64,000 nt of DNA from Dehalococcoidales bacterium (GTDB lineage Bacteria; Chloroflexota; Dehalococcoidia; Dehalococcoidales; CSSed11-197). Where the stretch lies: positions 4,756 through 68,755 of the forward strand of contig JAQUNW010000004.1 in assembly GCA_028717385.1 (NCBI GenBank), given 5' to 3'. Positions 20,313 to 29,281 of the stretch are shown here, piece after piece. Position 1 is the stretch's first letter. Every line of letters starts with the position of its first letter. Made by a program: the position numbers and the translations under genes. The notes beneath the pieces were generated by a model. It did no database searches and was not told the DNA's origin. It saw only the letters and a list, made by a program, of their open reading frames with translations.

Positions 20313-21739
20313 AGCCAGGAGTTAAAATATGCGCCCTTCTTGGAGACCCAATCGAGCAAAGCTTGTCTCCAGATATGCATAATGCCGCATTCAGGGATAA
20401 GGGGCTCAACTATATATATATCGCTTCCAGGGTTAAGCCCTCATCGCTTGCAGAAGCCATTGAAGGAAGCCGGGCACTTGGTATTCACGGATTAAATATA
20501 ACTATTCCACATAAAGTCAGCGTCATGGCATTACTGGACGAAATTGATGAAGCAAGTGAGCAAATTGGAGCAGTTAACACTGTTGTCAATACTAATGGAG
20601 TATTAAAGGGATACAATACGGATGCTGCTGGATTCACAAAAGCACTGGCAGGCAAAAACGTCGACGCTTACGGAAAACAGGCAGTAGTATTGGGAGCCGG
20701 AGGAGCTTCCATGGCAGTTTCGTACGCCTTGGTTAAAGCAGGCGCCAGTGTCACAATCATGAACCGCTTGGCGCATCTTGATGGAGCTTCTCGACTGGCA
20801 AACAAACTGGGCAGTATCAGCCATAACCCTGTTCAGGCGATGTCATTAAGTCCCCAGAACCTGGAAAAATGTCTTGAAACTGCTGAAATTCTGATAAACG
20901 CTACCAGCGTAGGTATGCATCCGGGTAAAAATCGTACCCTGGTACCGGAACATTTACTTAGACCGGAGATGATTGTTTTTGACCTCATCTACAATCCTCT
21001 TCAGACAAAGCTGTTGGCTGATGCCGCTCGCGCAGGGGCGCAAACAATCAACGGCCTTGAAATGTTGGTATGGCAGGGGGCTCTCGCATTTGAACTATGG
21101 ACAGGTCTTGCCCCTCCAGTTGGAATAATGCGTGCGGAAGCGTTGAAAGCATTAGAGGGAGATAATCCAGTGAGTAAAAAACATCAAAAATCCATGCGCA
21201 ATAAATCAAAAAACAGCGTTGTATTGATAGGCTTCATGGGTTCTGGAAAGACTACCGTTGCCAGAATTCTTGCCGGGAAAACCGGCAAGCGCCTGATCGA
21301 ATTGGACCGCCTGATCGAAATCAACGCCGGCATCAGCATCCCTGAAATCTTTTCCATCAGAGGAGAAACGGAGTTTCGAGAGCTGGAAATAGCAGCCATC
21401 AAAGAAGTTTCTGGAGTTAACAACCAGGTAATTTCGTGCGGAGGAGGAGTTATCCTCAACAAAATAAACATAGATCGGCTCAAAGAAAATGGGGTAGTGG
21501 TATACCTTGAAGTAAATCCGGATGAGATAATGTCGAGAATGCAAAGCCAGTCAGTAGAAAAACCGGTACTAAAGAATCCAGGTGATCTCGATGAAGTAAG
21601 GGAATTGCTATCCTTTCGTGAACCTTTTTACAGGGCTTATGCCGATATTATTATAAATACTACATCTCTCTCTGCAGAAGAAACCGCCCAACAAATCATT
21701 GCAAGGTTAGCCAACCATGAACTGCACGATAGAACCTAG
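20309..21739 (+). CDS. aroE: bifunctional shikimate 5-dehydrogenase / shikimate kinase (AroE-AroK fusion)
   Basis: 476 aa. The N-terminal ~280 aa are SDH (..SLSP.MHNAAF.., ..G.N.TIPHK.., ..GYNTD..GF, GAGGAS). A short basic linker follows. The C-terminal ~170 aa are shikimate kinase, with Walker A LIGFMGSGKTTV from about 21230. It is a single uninterrupted frame. Confidence 0.92.
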   Translation: MKPGVKICALLGDPIEQSLSPDMHNAAFRDKGLNYIYIASRVKPSSLAEAIEGSRALGIHGLNITIPHKVSVMALLDEIDEASEQIGAVNTVVNTNGVLKGYNTDAAGFTKALAGKNVDAYGKQAVVLGAGGASMAVSYALVKAGASVTIMNRLAHLDGASRLANKLGSISHNPVQAMSLSPQNLEKCLETAEILINATSVGMHPGKNRTLVPEHLLRPEMIVFDLIYNPLQTKLLADAARAGAQTINGLEMLVWQGALAFELWTGLAPPVGIMRAEALKALEGDNPVSKKHQKSMRNKSKNSVVLIGFMGSGKTTVARILAGKTGKRLIELDRLIEINAGISIPEIFSIRGETEFRELEIAAIKEVSGVNNQVISCGGGVILNKINIDRLKENGVVVYLEVNPDEIMSRMQSQSVEKPVLKNPGDLDEVRELLSFREPFYRAYADIIINTTSLSAEETAQQIIARLANHELHDRT

Positions 21740-22976
21740 CCAAATGAGAGGAAGGGCAACTGCCCCTTCGTCAAAAAGCTATACTATCAGAGCGCTAATC
21801 GCTGCAGCACTTGGTTGCGGTACAAGCCAATTATACAATCCTCTATATTCGGATGATACCCTGGCTGCAATCGACGTGCTAACAAACCTGGGCGTGGTTA
21901 TTACACATAAAAATGGACTATTGATTGTCAGAGGCGGGTCGCCGGTTCCTTCTCAAAAACCTTTAAACTGCCGTGATTCAGCTGCTACTTTGCGTTTTAT
22001 GGCCGCGATATGTGCTGCCCTCCCCGGAATTTCCATCCTTGAAGCGAGGCCAGGCCTTGCCCGAAGACCGATTACTCCACTGCTCGAAATATTAAAAACA
22101 ATGGGAGCAGATTATGTTTACGAGAGTAACCGAATTGTTGTTTTCGGCGGAGATTTACGGGGAGGATTATATACAATTAAGGGAGATTTGAGTTCACAAT
22201 TTATCTCAGCATTATTACTGATTGCCCCACTTGTCAGAGAAGACGTAGCCTATCAACTCGATACAATGCCCCGTTCACGCCCATATATCGAAATGACAAT
22301 TGAAACTATGCATAACTTCGGTGTTCAAGTTAATACTACAACTGATTTTACCCTCTTCAAGACATCCCCCCAGGCTTACCACCCTGCCGGCATATGCATA
22401 GAGAGTGACTGGTCGAGTGCAAGCTACCTCCTGGCAATTGGAGCCATTATTGGCGAAATCACGGTTGAAGGTTTGAATCTGCTGAGTATCCAGGGAGATA
22501 AAATCCTGATCCAAATTTTACAGAAAATGGGAGCGGCTATTTTGCCCGATTCCAACTCTGTTACAGTTCGTCCGGCTCGACTCCATGCAATCAAGTTTGA
22601 TATGAGCCATTGTATTGACCTGCTTCCCACGGTGGCCATCGCCGCGGCAACCGCAGATGGCACCAGTTATCTAAGCGGTATAGCAAGAGCGCGGCTGAAG
22701 GAATCTAATCGTGTGCGGGCTATTTGTGAGGGGCTCATCCAAATGGGTATACAGGTTGAAGAACGACCAGACATGCTCATCATACACGGTGGCGAGCCTC
22801 GTGGGGCAACTATTAACAGCTTTGATGATCACCGCATTGCGATGGCATTTGCTGTACTTGGTTTAAAAACCGGAAACACCACAATCACCGGAGCTGAATG
22901 CGTATCTAAAACATTTCCTTCTTTCTGGGATACAATACAATCGCTGGGAGGAAAGATAAGGATCGAGAATGGGTAA
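21717..22976 (+). CDS. aroA: 3-phosphoshikimate 1-carboxyvinyltransferase (EPSP synthase)
   Basis: 419 aa. N-terminal ..I.P....G...AP.SKS.TIRAL and C-terminal ..DHRIAMAFAV.GL are present. It overlaps the aroE-aroK end by 23 nt. Confidence 0.95.
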   Translation: MNCTIEPSQMRGRATAPSSKSYTIRALIAAALGCGTSQLYNPLYSDDTLAAIDVLTNLGVVITHKNGLLIVRGGSPVPSQKPLNCRDSAATLRFMAAICAALPGISILEARPGLARRPITPLLEILKTMGADYVYESNRIVVFGGDLRGGLYTIKGDLSSQFISALLLIAPLVREDVAYQLDTMPRSRPYIEMTIETMHNFGVQVNTTTDFTLFKTSPQAYHPAGICIESDWSSASYLLAIGAIIGEITVEGLNLLSIQGDKILIQILQKMGAAILPDSNSVTVRPARLHAIKFDMSHCIDLLPTVAIAAATADGTSYLSGIARARLKESNRVRAICEGLIQMGIQVEERPDMLIIHGGEPRGATINSFDDHRIAMAFAVLGLKTGNTTITGAECVSKTFPSFWDTIQSLGGKIRIENG

Positions 22977-24054
22977 CACACTGGGAAAACTATTTTCTGT
23001 CACCAACTTTGGAGAAAGTCATGGTCGCCTTATCGGAGCGGTGGTTGATGGATGTCCTCCGGGGCTTTTTCTAAATGTAAGTGATATACAAACTGAACTT
23101 GACAGGCGTAAATCCGGCTCATTCGGAACCACTAGCAGACAAGAACAAGACCGGGTTGAAATACTTTCGGGAGTATACGAAGAACATACCACCGGCGCTC
23201 CCATCGCAATGGTAGTCTGGAATCAGGATTTTGATTCAAACCAATATGGTAAAAGACTAACCATCCCCCGGCCTGGGCATGCGGACTATGCTTCATTTAT
23301 CAAGTATGGAGGCTTTGCGGACCATCGTGGTGGAGGCAGGTTCTCTGGCAGAATTACAGCTGGATTTGTGATGGCGGGAGCTATTGCTAAAAAACTGCTC
23401 GTCCAATCAGGCATAGAAGTAATCGCTCATACCATCGAACTGGGAGGGAAAAAAGCAAAAGCCGCCTCTCTGGAAGAGATACGCGCCGCTCGTGATAACG
23501 AACTATGCTGCGCCGATGTCAGTGCAGTGTTGGATATGCGTGACACTATCCGACAGGCAAGGGAAGAAAATGACAGTATTGGCGGGATTATCGAAGTTGT
23601 AGCGCTGGGAGTGCCACCAGGATTGGGAGAACCCGTATTTGACAATCTGGATGGTGATTTGGCCAAAGCCCTGTTTGCTATACCGGCAGTCAAGGCTATT
23701 GAATTCGGTTGCGGATTTGACACTGCTCGGCTGAAAGGCTCCCAGAATAACGATCCCTTTTTAACAGACAGCAAAAGAATCACCTGTGCCAGTAACAATG
23801 CAGGCGGAATTTCCGGAGGTATGAGCAACGGTATGCCCATAGTCATCAAAGTCGCAATAAAGCCCACACCTTCCATCGGTATCCCCCAAGACTCTGTTGA
23901 TCTGGATTCCCTCAAAGCGGTCAAGCTGACAACAAAAGGAAGACACGATACCTGCATAGTGCCCAGAGCAGTAGTCGTCGCTGAATCTATGGTCGCGATA
24001 ACCATTGCCGATTTTGCCAGGCGAGCCAATATAATCCGGGGAGTAACAAAATGA
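22969..24054 (+). CDS. aroC: chorismate synthase
   Basis: 361 aa. MGNTLG..F.VT.FGESHG is the canonical AroC start. Confidence 0.96.
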   Translation: MGNTLGKLFSVTNFGESHGRLIGAVVDGCPPGLFLNVSDIQTELDRRKSGSFGTTSRQEQDRVEILSGVYEEHTTGAPIAMVVWNQDFDSNQYGKRLTIPRPGHADYASFIKYGGFADHRGGGRFSGRITAGFVMAGAIAKKLLVQSGIEVIAHTIELGGKKAKAASLEEIRAARDNELCCADVSAVLDMRDTIRQAREENDSIGGIIEVVALGVPPGLGEPVFDNLDGDLAKALFAIPAVKAIEFGCGFDTARLKGSQNNDPFLTDSKRITCASNNAGGISGGMSNGMPIVIKVAIKPTPSIGIPQDSVDLDSLKAVKLTTKGRHDTCIVPRAVVVAESMVAITIADFARRANIIRGVTK

Positions 24055-25127
24055 ACCTGGATGAGTTACGCAATCACATAGATTCGATCGACCTGCAAAT
24101 TATTAAGCTCCTGGGTGCCAGGTTAAACCTGAGCAGCCAAATTGGGGTAGTTAAAAACAGTCAGGGGCTCGATATAGAAGATCGGGGAAGGGAAAATCAG
24201 ATCATCACGAAGATAAAACAGCTGGCAGAAAAGGAAGGACTTAACGCCACAGATGCTGCCAATATTTATGACATTATTTTCAAAGCTTCCAAAAGCGCCC
24301 AGGGGTTGGCTGTAGCTTTTCAAGGGGAATTCGGAGCTTTTAGCGAAATAGCTGCAATAAAAATCTTCGGTACTACAACACGGGTTGTACCTTTGGAGTC
24401 ACTGGAGGATGTATTTAGAACAGTACAAAGAGGAGATGCCCCCTATGGCGTAATCCCGGTAGAAAACTCACTCGAAGGAAGCATTGATACTGCTTATAAT
24501 CTACTTTTAGACTCAACTTTAACCGTATCGGGTGAGCTTGAGTTAAAAATCAGCCATTGCCTGATCGCCAATCGCGGTGCCAGCCTTTCCAGTATTAATA
24601 AAATATACTCCCATCCCCAGGCGCTTGGGCAGTGTCAAGCTTTTATCAAGCATCTTGGATGCCAGCTGATACCGACATATGACACCGCCGGCAGTGTTAA
24701 ACTTATCAAGAATGAGAAAATAACGGACGGTGCCGCAATTGCCAGTTCCCGTGCGGCTGAAATATACGATATGGAAATCCTGGCAAGCGATATCCAGGAT
24801 AATTTAGAGAATTATACCCGCTTTTTTGTAATTTCAAAAAAAGCATCTGATCCGAATCCGTTAGATAAAACGTCGGTTATTTTTACTGTCAAGCACGAAC
24901 CTGGTGCTTTATCCGGGATATTAAACGCTTTTGCCGTAGAGAATATCAACCTCACCAAACTAGAATCGAGGCCAACTCGTCGCAAACCATGGGAATACAA
25001 GTTTTATATGGATTTTGAAGGGAATTATCGCGATCCCGGTCCCGCGAGAGCTCTTAAAAGTGCAAATCAGTACGCCATATTTATAAAAATTTTGGGCTCC
25101 TATCCCAAGGTCAAAGAAAGGAGCTGA
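24051..25127 (+). CDS. pheA: bifunctional chorismate mutase / prephenate dehydratase (P-protein) with a C-terminal ACT domain
   Basis: 358 aa. An N-terminal AroQ chorismate mutase helix (LDELR..ID.ID..I..LL..R) is followed by a PDT domain (VAFQGE.GAFSE..) and an ACT domain (..ESRP....WEY.F..DFEG). Confidence 0.94.
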   Translation: MNLDELRNHIDSIDLQIIKLLGARLNLSSQIGVVKNSQGLDIEDRGRENQIITKIKQLAEKEGLNATDAANIYDIIFKASKSAQGLAVAFQGEFGAFSEIAAIKIFGTTTRVVPLESLEDVFRTVQRGDAPYGVIPVENSLEGSIDTAYNLLLDSTLTVSGELELKISHCLIANRGASLSSINKIYSHPQALGQCQAFIKHLGCQLIPTYDTAGSVKLIKNEKITDGAAIASSRAAEIYDMEILASDIQDNLENYTRFFVISKKASDPNPLDKTSVIFTVKHEPGALSGILNAFAVENINLTKLESRPTRRKPWEYKFYMDFEGNYRDPGPARALKSANQYAIFIKILGSYPKVKERS

Positions 25128-25137
25128 GGGAACAACT

Positions 25138-26004
25138 GTGAAGGTTTCAATTATCGGCGGCACTGGACGCATGGGAAGATGGCTGGCACGCTTCCTCAAG
25201 GAAGAAGGCGCTGATGTCACTATTATCGGGAGGGATCCGGTCTCTACACAACAAGCCGGGCTTGATATTGACTGTCAGGCTACTACAGATATAACCACCG
25301 TACAGGGATCCAGAGCTATCATCATTTCAGTAGCAATCGACGCTTTTGAAGAAGTAGTTAAAAAACTGGCACCGATTACTACCGATAATCAGTCAATCAT
25401 CGATATTACTTCGATAAAAATAATGCCAGTCGAAATAATGAACCGTTACATCGTCAAAGGTACTGCTTTAGGAGCTCATCCCGTATTCGGCCCTGGGGCA
25501 AGAGGAGTGTCAGGCCAAAATTTTGTCCTTACCCCAACTAGTGTTCCACAGCAAGAGCTTGCTGAAAAAGTTAGAAAGTTTTTATGTCAACGCGGTGCAC
25601 GTGTACGCATAATGAGCCCCGAAGAACACGATCGCTTGATGGCAGTTATCCTTGGACTGGCGCACTTCATCTCTATAGTATCTGCTAACACTTTGGTTGA
25701 TTACGGCAAGCTGGAGGAAATGGCCGGTGTTCAGGGTGTTACATACCGGGCGCTTTTAACCCTTATCGAGAGTGTGCTATCTGAAGATCCCGAGCTTTAT
25801 GCTTCGCTCCAGATGAACCTGCCACATATGAAAGACGCTCAGGGAATATTTATATCCAATGCAAAGCTCTGGTCTGAACTTGTTGAAAAAAAAGATCGCC
25901 AGTCTTTCGTTGAACGTATGAAGCAGCTAAGACAGCAGTTTGAGGAAAATAATCCACATTTTGGCCAGGCTTACGATAACATGTATCGACTGGGCAACCG
26001 TTAA
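25138..26004 (+). CDS. tyrA: prephenate (or arogenate) dehydrogenase
   Basis: 288 aa with GTG start. Rossmann motif KVSIIGGTGRMG and the PDH core ..HP.FGP.. are present. It is the last gene of the aro operon. Confidence 0.9.
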   Translation: MKVSIIGGTGRMGRWLARFLKEEGADVTIIGRDPVSTQQAGLDIDCQATTDITTVQGSRAIIISVAIDAFEEVVKKLAPITTDNQSIIDITSIKIMPVEIMNRYIVKGTALGAHPVFGPGARGVSGQNFVLTPTSVPQQELAEKVRKFLCQRGARVRIMSPEEHDRLMAVILGLAHFISIVSANTLVDYGKLEEMAGVQGVTYRALLTLIESVLSEDPELYASLQMNLPHMKDAQGIFISNAKLWSELVEKKDRQSFVERMKQLRQQFEENNPHFGQAYDNMYRLGNR

Positions 26005-26032
26005 TCTTTACTAACAATTACCAAGCACGATA

Positions 26033-26065
26033 AAACAGGCCAACCATTCATAGGTTGGCCTGTTT
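26033..26065. terminator. bidirectional intrinsic terminator between the convergent tyrA and zinc-ribbon genes
   Basis: 13-bp stem AAACAGGCCAACC (26033-45) / GGTTGGCCTGTTT (26053-65) with a 7-nt loop. T-rich sequence follows the stem on both strands and is stronger on the minus strand (TTTTAT). Confidence 0.75.
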
Positions 26066-26091
26066 GTCAGTTCGATTAATAGTGGTTTAGA

Positions 26092-26382
26092 CTATCTGTC
26101 TTCCCTTGAGCGGCTAAAGCATGCACTGCAATACACAGGCTTGCCCTGGCGCGGCTCAAACGGGACCTCGGTTTCCTGGCCACACTGCGCACATACAACG
26201 CTGAACATCTGGCGACGATTTCCGCCTTCGCCACGCTCTACCTTGCGCTTCTGGCGGCAGGACTGACAGCGTTTGGGATCGTTGGTGTAACCTTTGGCTG
26301 CGTAAAATTCCTGTTCACCTACGGTAAAGGTAAAGGTTTCTCCGCAGTCGGCACACTGAAGTTCTCTTTCCTGAAATGCCAC
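26092..26382 (-). CDS. zinc-ribbon domain protein (two CxxC-x17-19-CxxC units)
   Basis: 96 aa. Units are CADCG..x19..CQSCR and CAQCG..x17..CSAC. SD GGAGGGA lies upstream. Function unknown. Confidence 0.75.
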   Translation of the reverse strand: MAFQERELQCADCGETFTFTVGEQEFYAAKGYTNDPKRCQSCRQKRKVERGEGGNRRQMFSVVCAQCGQETEVPFEPRQGKPVYCSACFSRSREDR

Positions 26383-26534
26383 TGGACTCCCTCCTTCTTA
26401 TAATAGTTGGTTAGAGCTAAGGTCATCCAGTTTGTATATCCGGGTTTTTAACTTCAGGGATCTTACCATTGTGATGAGCCTGCCTTAAACCACCGAAGTT
26501 TATTTTACACAAAGCCCGGCCAACTTGCAATTTT

Positions 26535-27257
26535 TTATAACTCTTGTAACCGGCGTACTTCTTCTTGTTCGAGCAGCCTGGTCTGGCCTAAACTCAAATC
26601 ACCAAGATTTACACATGCTATCCTGATCCGCTTTAACTTAACCACTATATAGCCCAAACGCGCAAACATGCGTCTGACAATATGGTTTTTCCCTTCATGT
26701 ATTATGACGCTATAAGTAAAATTATTACTGTCTTGCATTGCGACAACTTTCGCAGGCCTGGTACAGCCATCATTAAGTTCAACGCCCTTTCGTAACTGTG
26801 CAAGGTCAGGATCATCAAGGATCCGGTCAAGGTCTACCAGATATTCTTTTTCGTGTTCAAAGCGAGGGTGACTAAGGCGAAAAGCAGCATCGCCATCATT
26901 GGTAAGCAAAACCAGCCCGGTGCTATCTTTGTCCAGCCTGCCAACTGGAAACATTTTTATACTTCGCAGATAAGGTGGAATAAAATCCAGAACTGTCTTT
27001 CGCCCGCGATCATCACTAGTTGTTGACAACACACCAGCGGGCTTATTAAGCGCAAGATATACCTTTGGCTTCGCCTGAAGCCCTACTTCGACTCCATCAA
27101 ATTGCACCCGATCTTGATTTATGTCAATAGTATGGCTAAAGGCAGAAGCTGTATCCCCGTTCACCTTTACCCGGCCTTCTTTAATAGCACTGGCCATTTT
27201 TCTGCGCGAGCCAAAACCCGCCGCAATCAATGCCTTCAACAGACTAATTTTTGTCAC
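26535..27257 (-). CDS. pseudouridine synthase, RsuA/RluB family (S4 domain plus catalytic domain)
   Basis: 240 aa with GTG start. It has an N-terminal S4 domain and the catalytic motif GRLDKDSTGLVLLTNDG. Confidence 0.9.
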   Translation of the reverse strand: MTKISLLKALIAAGFGSRRKMASAIKEGRVKVNGDTASAFSHTIDINQDRVQFDGVEVGLQAKPKVYLALNKPAGVLSTTSDDRGRKTVLDFIPPYLRSIKMFPVGRLDKDSTGLVLLTNDGDAAFRLSHPRFEHEKEYLVDLDRILDDPDLAQLRKGVELNDGCTRPAKVVAMQDSNNFTYSVIIHEGKNHIVRRMFARLGYIVVKLKRIRIACVNLGDLSLGQTRLLEQEEVRRLQEL

Positions 27258-27429
27258 AGTAGTATTTTACCAAATAAATGCTTCTGCGATAATAAACAGC
27301 CGGAGCAGGTTAAAAACACTGCTCCGGCTATCTCGAAAGGAGGAACATGGATGCCGTCCCCGACAGGCTCATTCAGGAACGCCGTAATATATAACGAAAT
27401 TCTTTGAAATTGGTTATTATTCATACTGA

Positions 27430-27458
27430 TTGGCAATAATATCTTTCTATGTTACTAT
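27430..27458 (+). promoter_or_regulatory. candidate promoter of the ferritin-VIT1 gene
   Basis: TTGGCA (27430-35), 17 nt, TACTAT (27453-58), about 30 nt before the ATG at 27488. Confidence 0.4.
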
Positions 27459-27487
27459 ACTAAATCACTTCACTAGGAGTCTGAATA

Positions 27488-28357
27488 ATGGATAGAGTTG
27501 TGTTCGACCGGATACTTGAAGCCCAGAAAAACGAAATCACCGAATACTACATTTACCAAAAATTATCCAATAAAATAAAGGATCCTCATAACAGCCATAT
27601 TTTAGAACAAATCAGTCAAGATGAGTTGCGCCATCATAATATATGGAAGGCATATACACAGCAGGAAGTACAACCCAAACGATTTAAGATTTGGTTTTTT
27701 TATATAATTGCCCGAGTATTCGGCCTCAGTTTTTCTATTAAGCTTATGGAACAGGGGGAGGAAGCCGCTCAGGTAAATTACGATGACCTGGCTAAATCCA
27801 TCCCGGACGCACAACAGATCAGCTCTGACGAAGATTTGCATGAAGCCCAGCTGATGGAAATGATCAATGAAGAACGCTTCCATTATGTCGGAGCCATTAT
27901 AAGAGGATTAAATGAAGCGGTAGTTGAAACCCTCGCAATCCTGACTGGTTTGAGCCTGATTCTTGTCGAAACTACGGTAATTGCCATGACTGGCATAATT
28001 ACTGGTGCTGCCATGTCGCTCTCACTGGGGGCAACCGAATACCTGGCCACCAAGGCTGAAGAAAGCCACCTCAAACCAGGTAAGTCTGCCCTCTACACCG
28101 GTTTTGCTACCGCTATCACGGTTACCCTGCTTATTTCTCCATATCTTTTTCTACCAAATACCTATGTTGCGATGGGGGCAATGATAGCCATCGCACTGGT
28201 AATCATCTTCTTTTTTAACTACTATATTGCCGTTGCTCGCAATATTTCGTTCTGGAAACGCTTTGCAGAGATGGTTATAATCGCAACCCTGATAGCATCT
28301 TTTACGTATTTAATAGGCTACCTTGCAAGCGAGGTTTGGCACATCTCCATTCATTGA
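27488..28357 (+). CDS. VIT1/CCC1-family iron/manganese transporter with an N-terminal ferritin-like (rubrerythrin-type) domain
   Basis: 289 aa. The N-terminus has E..E..H ferritin-like motifs (EITEYYIY.., DELRHHNIW, DEDLHEAQL). The C-terminal half is hydrophobic with VIT1-type TM helices. Confidence 0.8.
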   Translation: MDRVVFDRILEAQKNEITEYYIYQKLSNKIKDPHNSHILEQISQDELRHHNIWKAYTQQEVQPKRFKIWFFYIIARVFGLSFSIKLMEQGEEAAQVNYDDLAKSIPDAQQISSDEDLHEAQLMEMINEERFHYVGAIIRGLNEAVVETLAILTGLSLILVETTVIAMTGIITGAAMSLSLGATEYLATKAEESHLKPGKSALYTGFATAITVTLLISPYLFLPNTYVAMGAMIAIALVIIFFFNYYIAVARNISFWKRFAEMVIIATLIASFTYLIGYLASEVWHISIH

Positions 28358-28407
28358 TCCCTTCAGGTTGGCAATAGGTGGTTTATACTAATCAAGATAC
28401 AGACTGT

Positions 28408-28743
28408 CTATGCAAGATCATCCAGGGCTTTTTGAATCAGTTGAATCTGCATAAGGGCCGGACCGCCACCCATGAGAACGGCAACCCAGCTGGCTTCCAG
28501 AATTTCTTCCCTGGTAGCTCCGCTGTCGAGAGCGTTTTTAACATGAAGTGCAATGCACCAGTGGCACTTGCTGGCTATAGACAGGCAAACAGCAATCAAT
28601 TCCTTGGTCTTTCTATCCAGTTTGCCCGGAGCCTCAATAGCTTCAAGCATCTGGCTGAAAGCACGCATCTGAGCAGGTGTCTGACTGCCCAGATCTTTCA
28701 GGGAAGAGTCGATCTGGAATAAGGCTTCTTTAGCACTTTCCAT
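28408..28743 (-). CDS. carboxymuconolactone decarboxylase / AhpD-like family protein (CxxC)
   Basis: AhpD-like motif ..ASKCHWCIALH.. is present. I trimmed the start to the ATG at 28743 (GGGGG SD 5 nt upstream); the track start is TTG at 28755. Confidence 0.85.
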   Translation of the reverse strand: MESAKEALFQIDSSLKDLGSQTPAQMRAFSQMLEAIEAPGKLDRKTKELIAVCLSIASKCHWCIALHVKNALDSGATREEILEASWVAVLMGGGPALMQIQLIQKALDDLA

Positions 28744-28766
28744 AATTACCCCCAAAATTAATTAGT

Positions 28767-29141
28767 TTAAAGCAGTTTCTGGTAATCTTCTTCTGAAAGT
28801 AAATTCGCGAGACCTTCGGGTTGATTAGTGCCAATCTCCAATAACCAGCCATCGGTCATCGGCAAACGGTTGATGAGCCCTGGGTCTGCCACCACATCTG
28901 CATTGATCTTTTTTACTATACCGGAAAACGGAGCAGGGAGTTCTATAGCTGCTTTGGAGGACTCCAAAACTGCCATGCTATCACCTGAAGAAATTGCGCT
29001 GCCGACCTTTGGGAGTTCAACCAAGCGTATCGCCGCCAAACGATCAAGGTAATCATAAGTCACGCCAATACGGAATAAACCCGTCTGAATTTGTTTAACC
29101 CAGAGATGGTCTGTTGTGTATTTTATCTCGTCGCTTACCAT
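28767..29141 (-). CDS. gcvH: glycine-cleavage H-protein-like lipoyl carrier protein
   Basis: H-protein pattern: ..KYTTDHLWV.., ..GVT.Y....L..I..VELP.VG......D..AVLESSKAA.EL.AP.SG. I placed the start at the ATG at 29141 by family length. Confidence 0.8.
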   Translation of the reverse strand: MVSDEIKYTTDHLWVKQIQTGLFRIGVTYDYLDRLAAIRLVELPKVGSAISSGDSMAVLESSKAAIELPAPFSGIVKKINADVVADPGLINRLPMTDGWLLEIGTNQPEGLANLLSEEDYQKLL

Positions 29142-29281
29142 AAATTGTAATTTCGCCTCTTTCTTATAATACTTCAGGCATTTTATCATAATCGGTTCAT
29201 TCTTATAATATGGTTTTAGCCTGAACTGCGTTTATGCTATGCTATTAATAATGGTTTATTAAAGTTCAAGGGGCTTTTTTA

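Noticed and set aside
27298-27394. 11-bp perfect hairpin (AGCCGGAGCAG / CTGCTCCGGCT, 27298-27329) followed by a 15-codon mini-ORF (27347-27394, MDAVPDRLIQERRNI) with AGGAGG upstream
   Set aside because: It sits between divergent genes, and no gene reads into it that it could terminate. The mini-ORF lies upstream of the best VIT1 promoter (27430-58), and its SD-ATG spacing is only 3 nt. I recognised no riboswitch consensus (for example yybP-ykoY). It may be a protein-binding site, but the support is weak.
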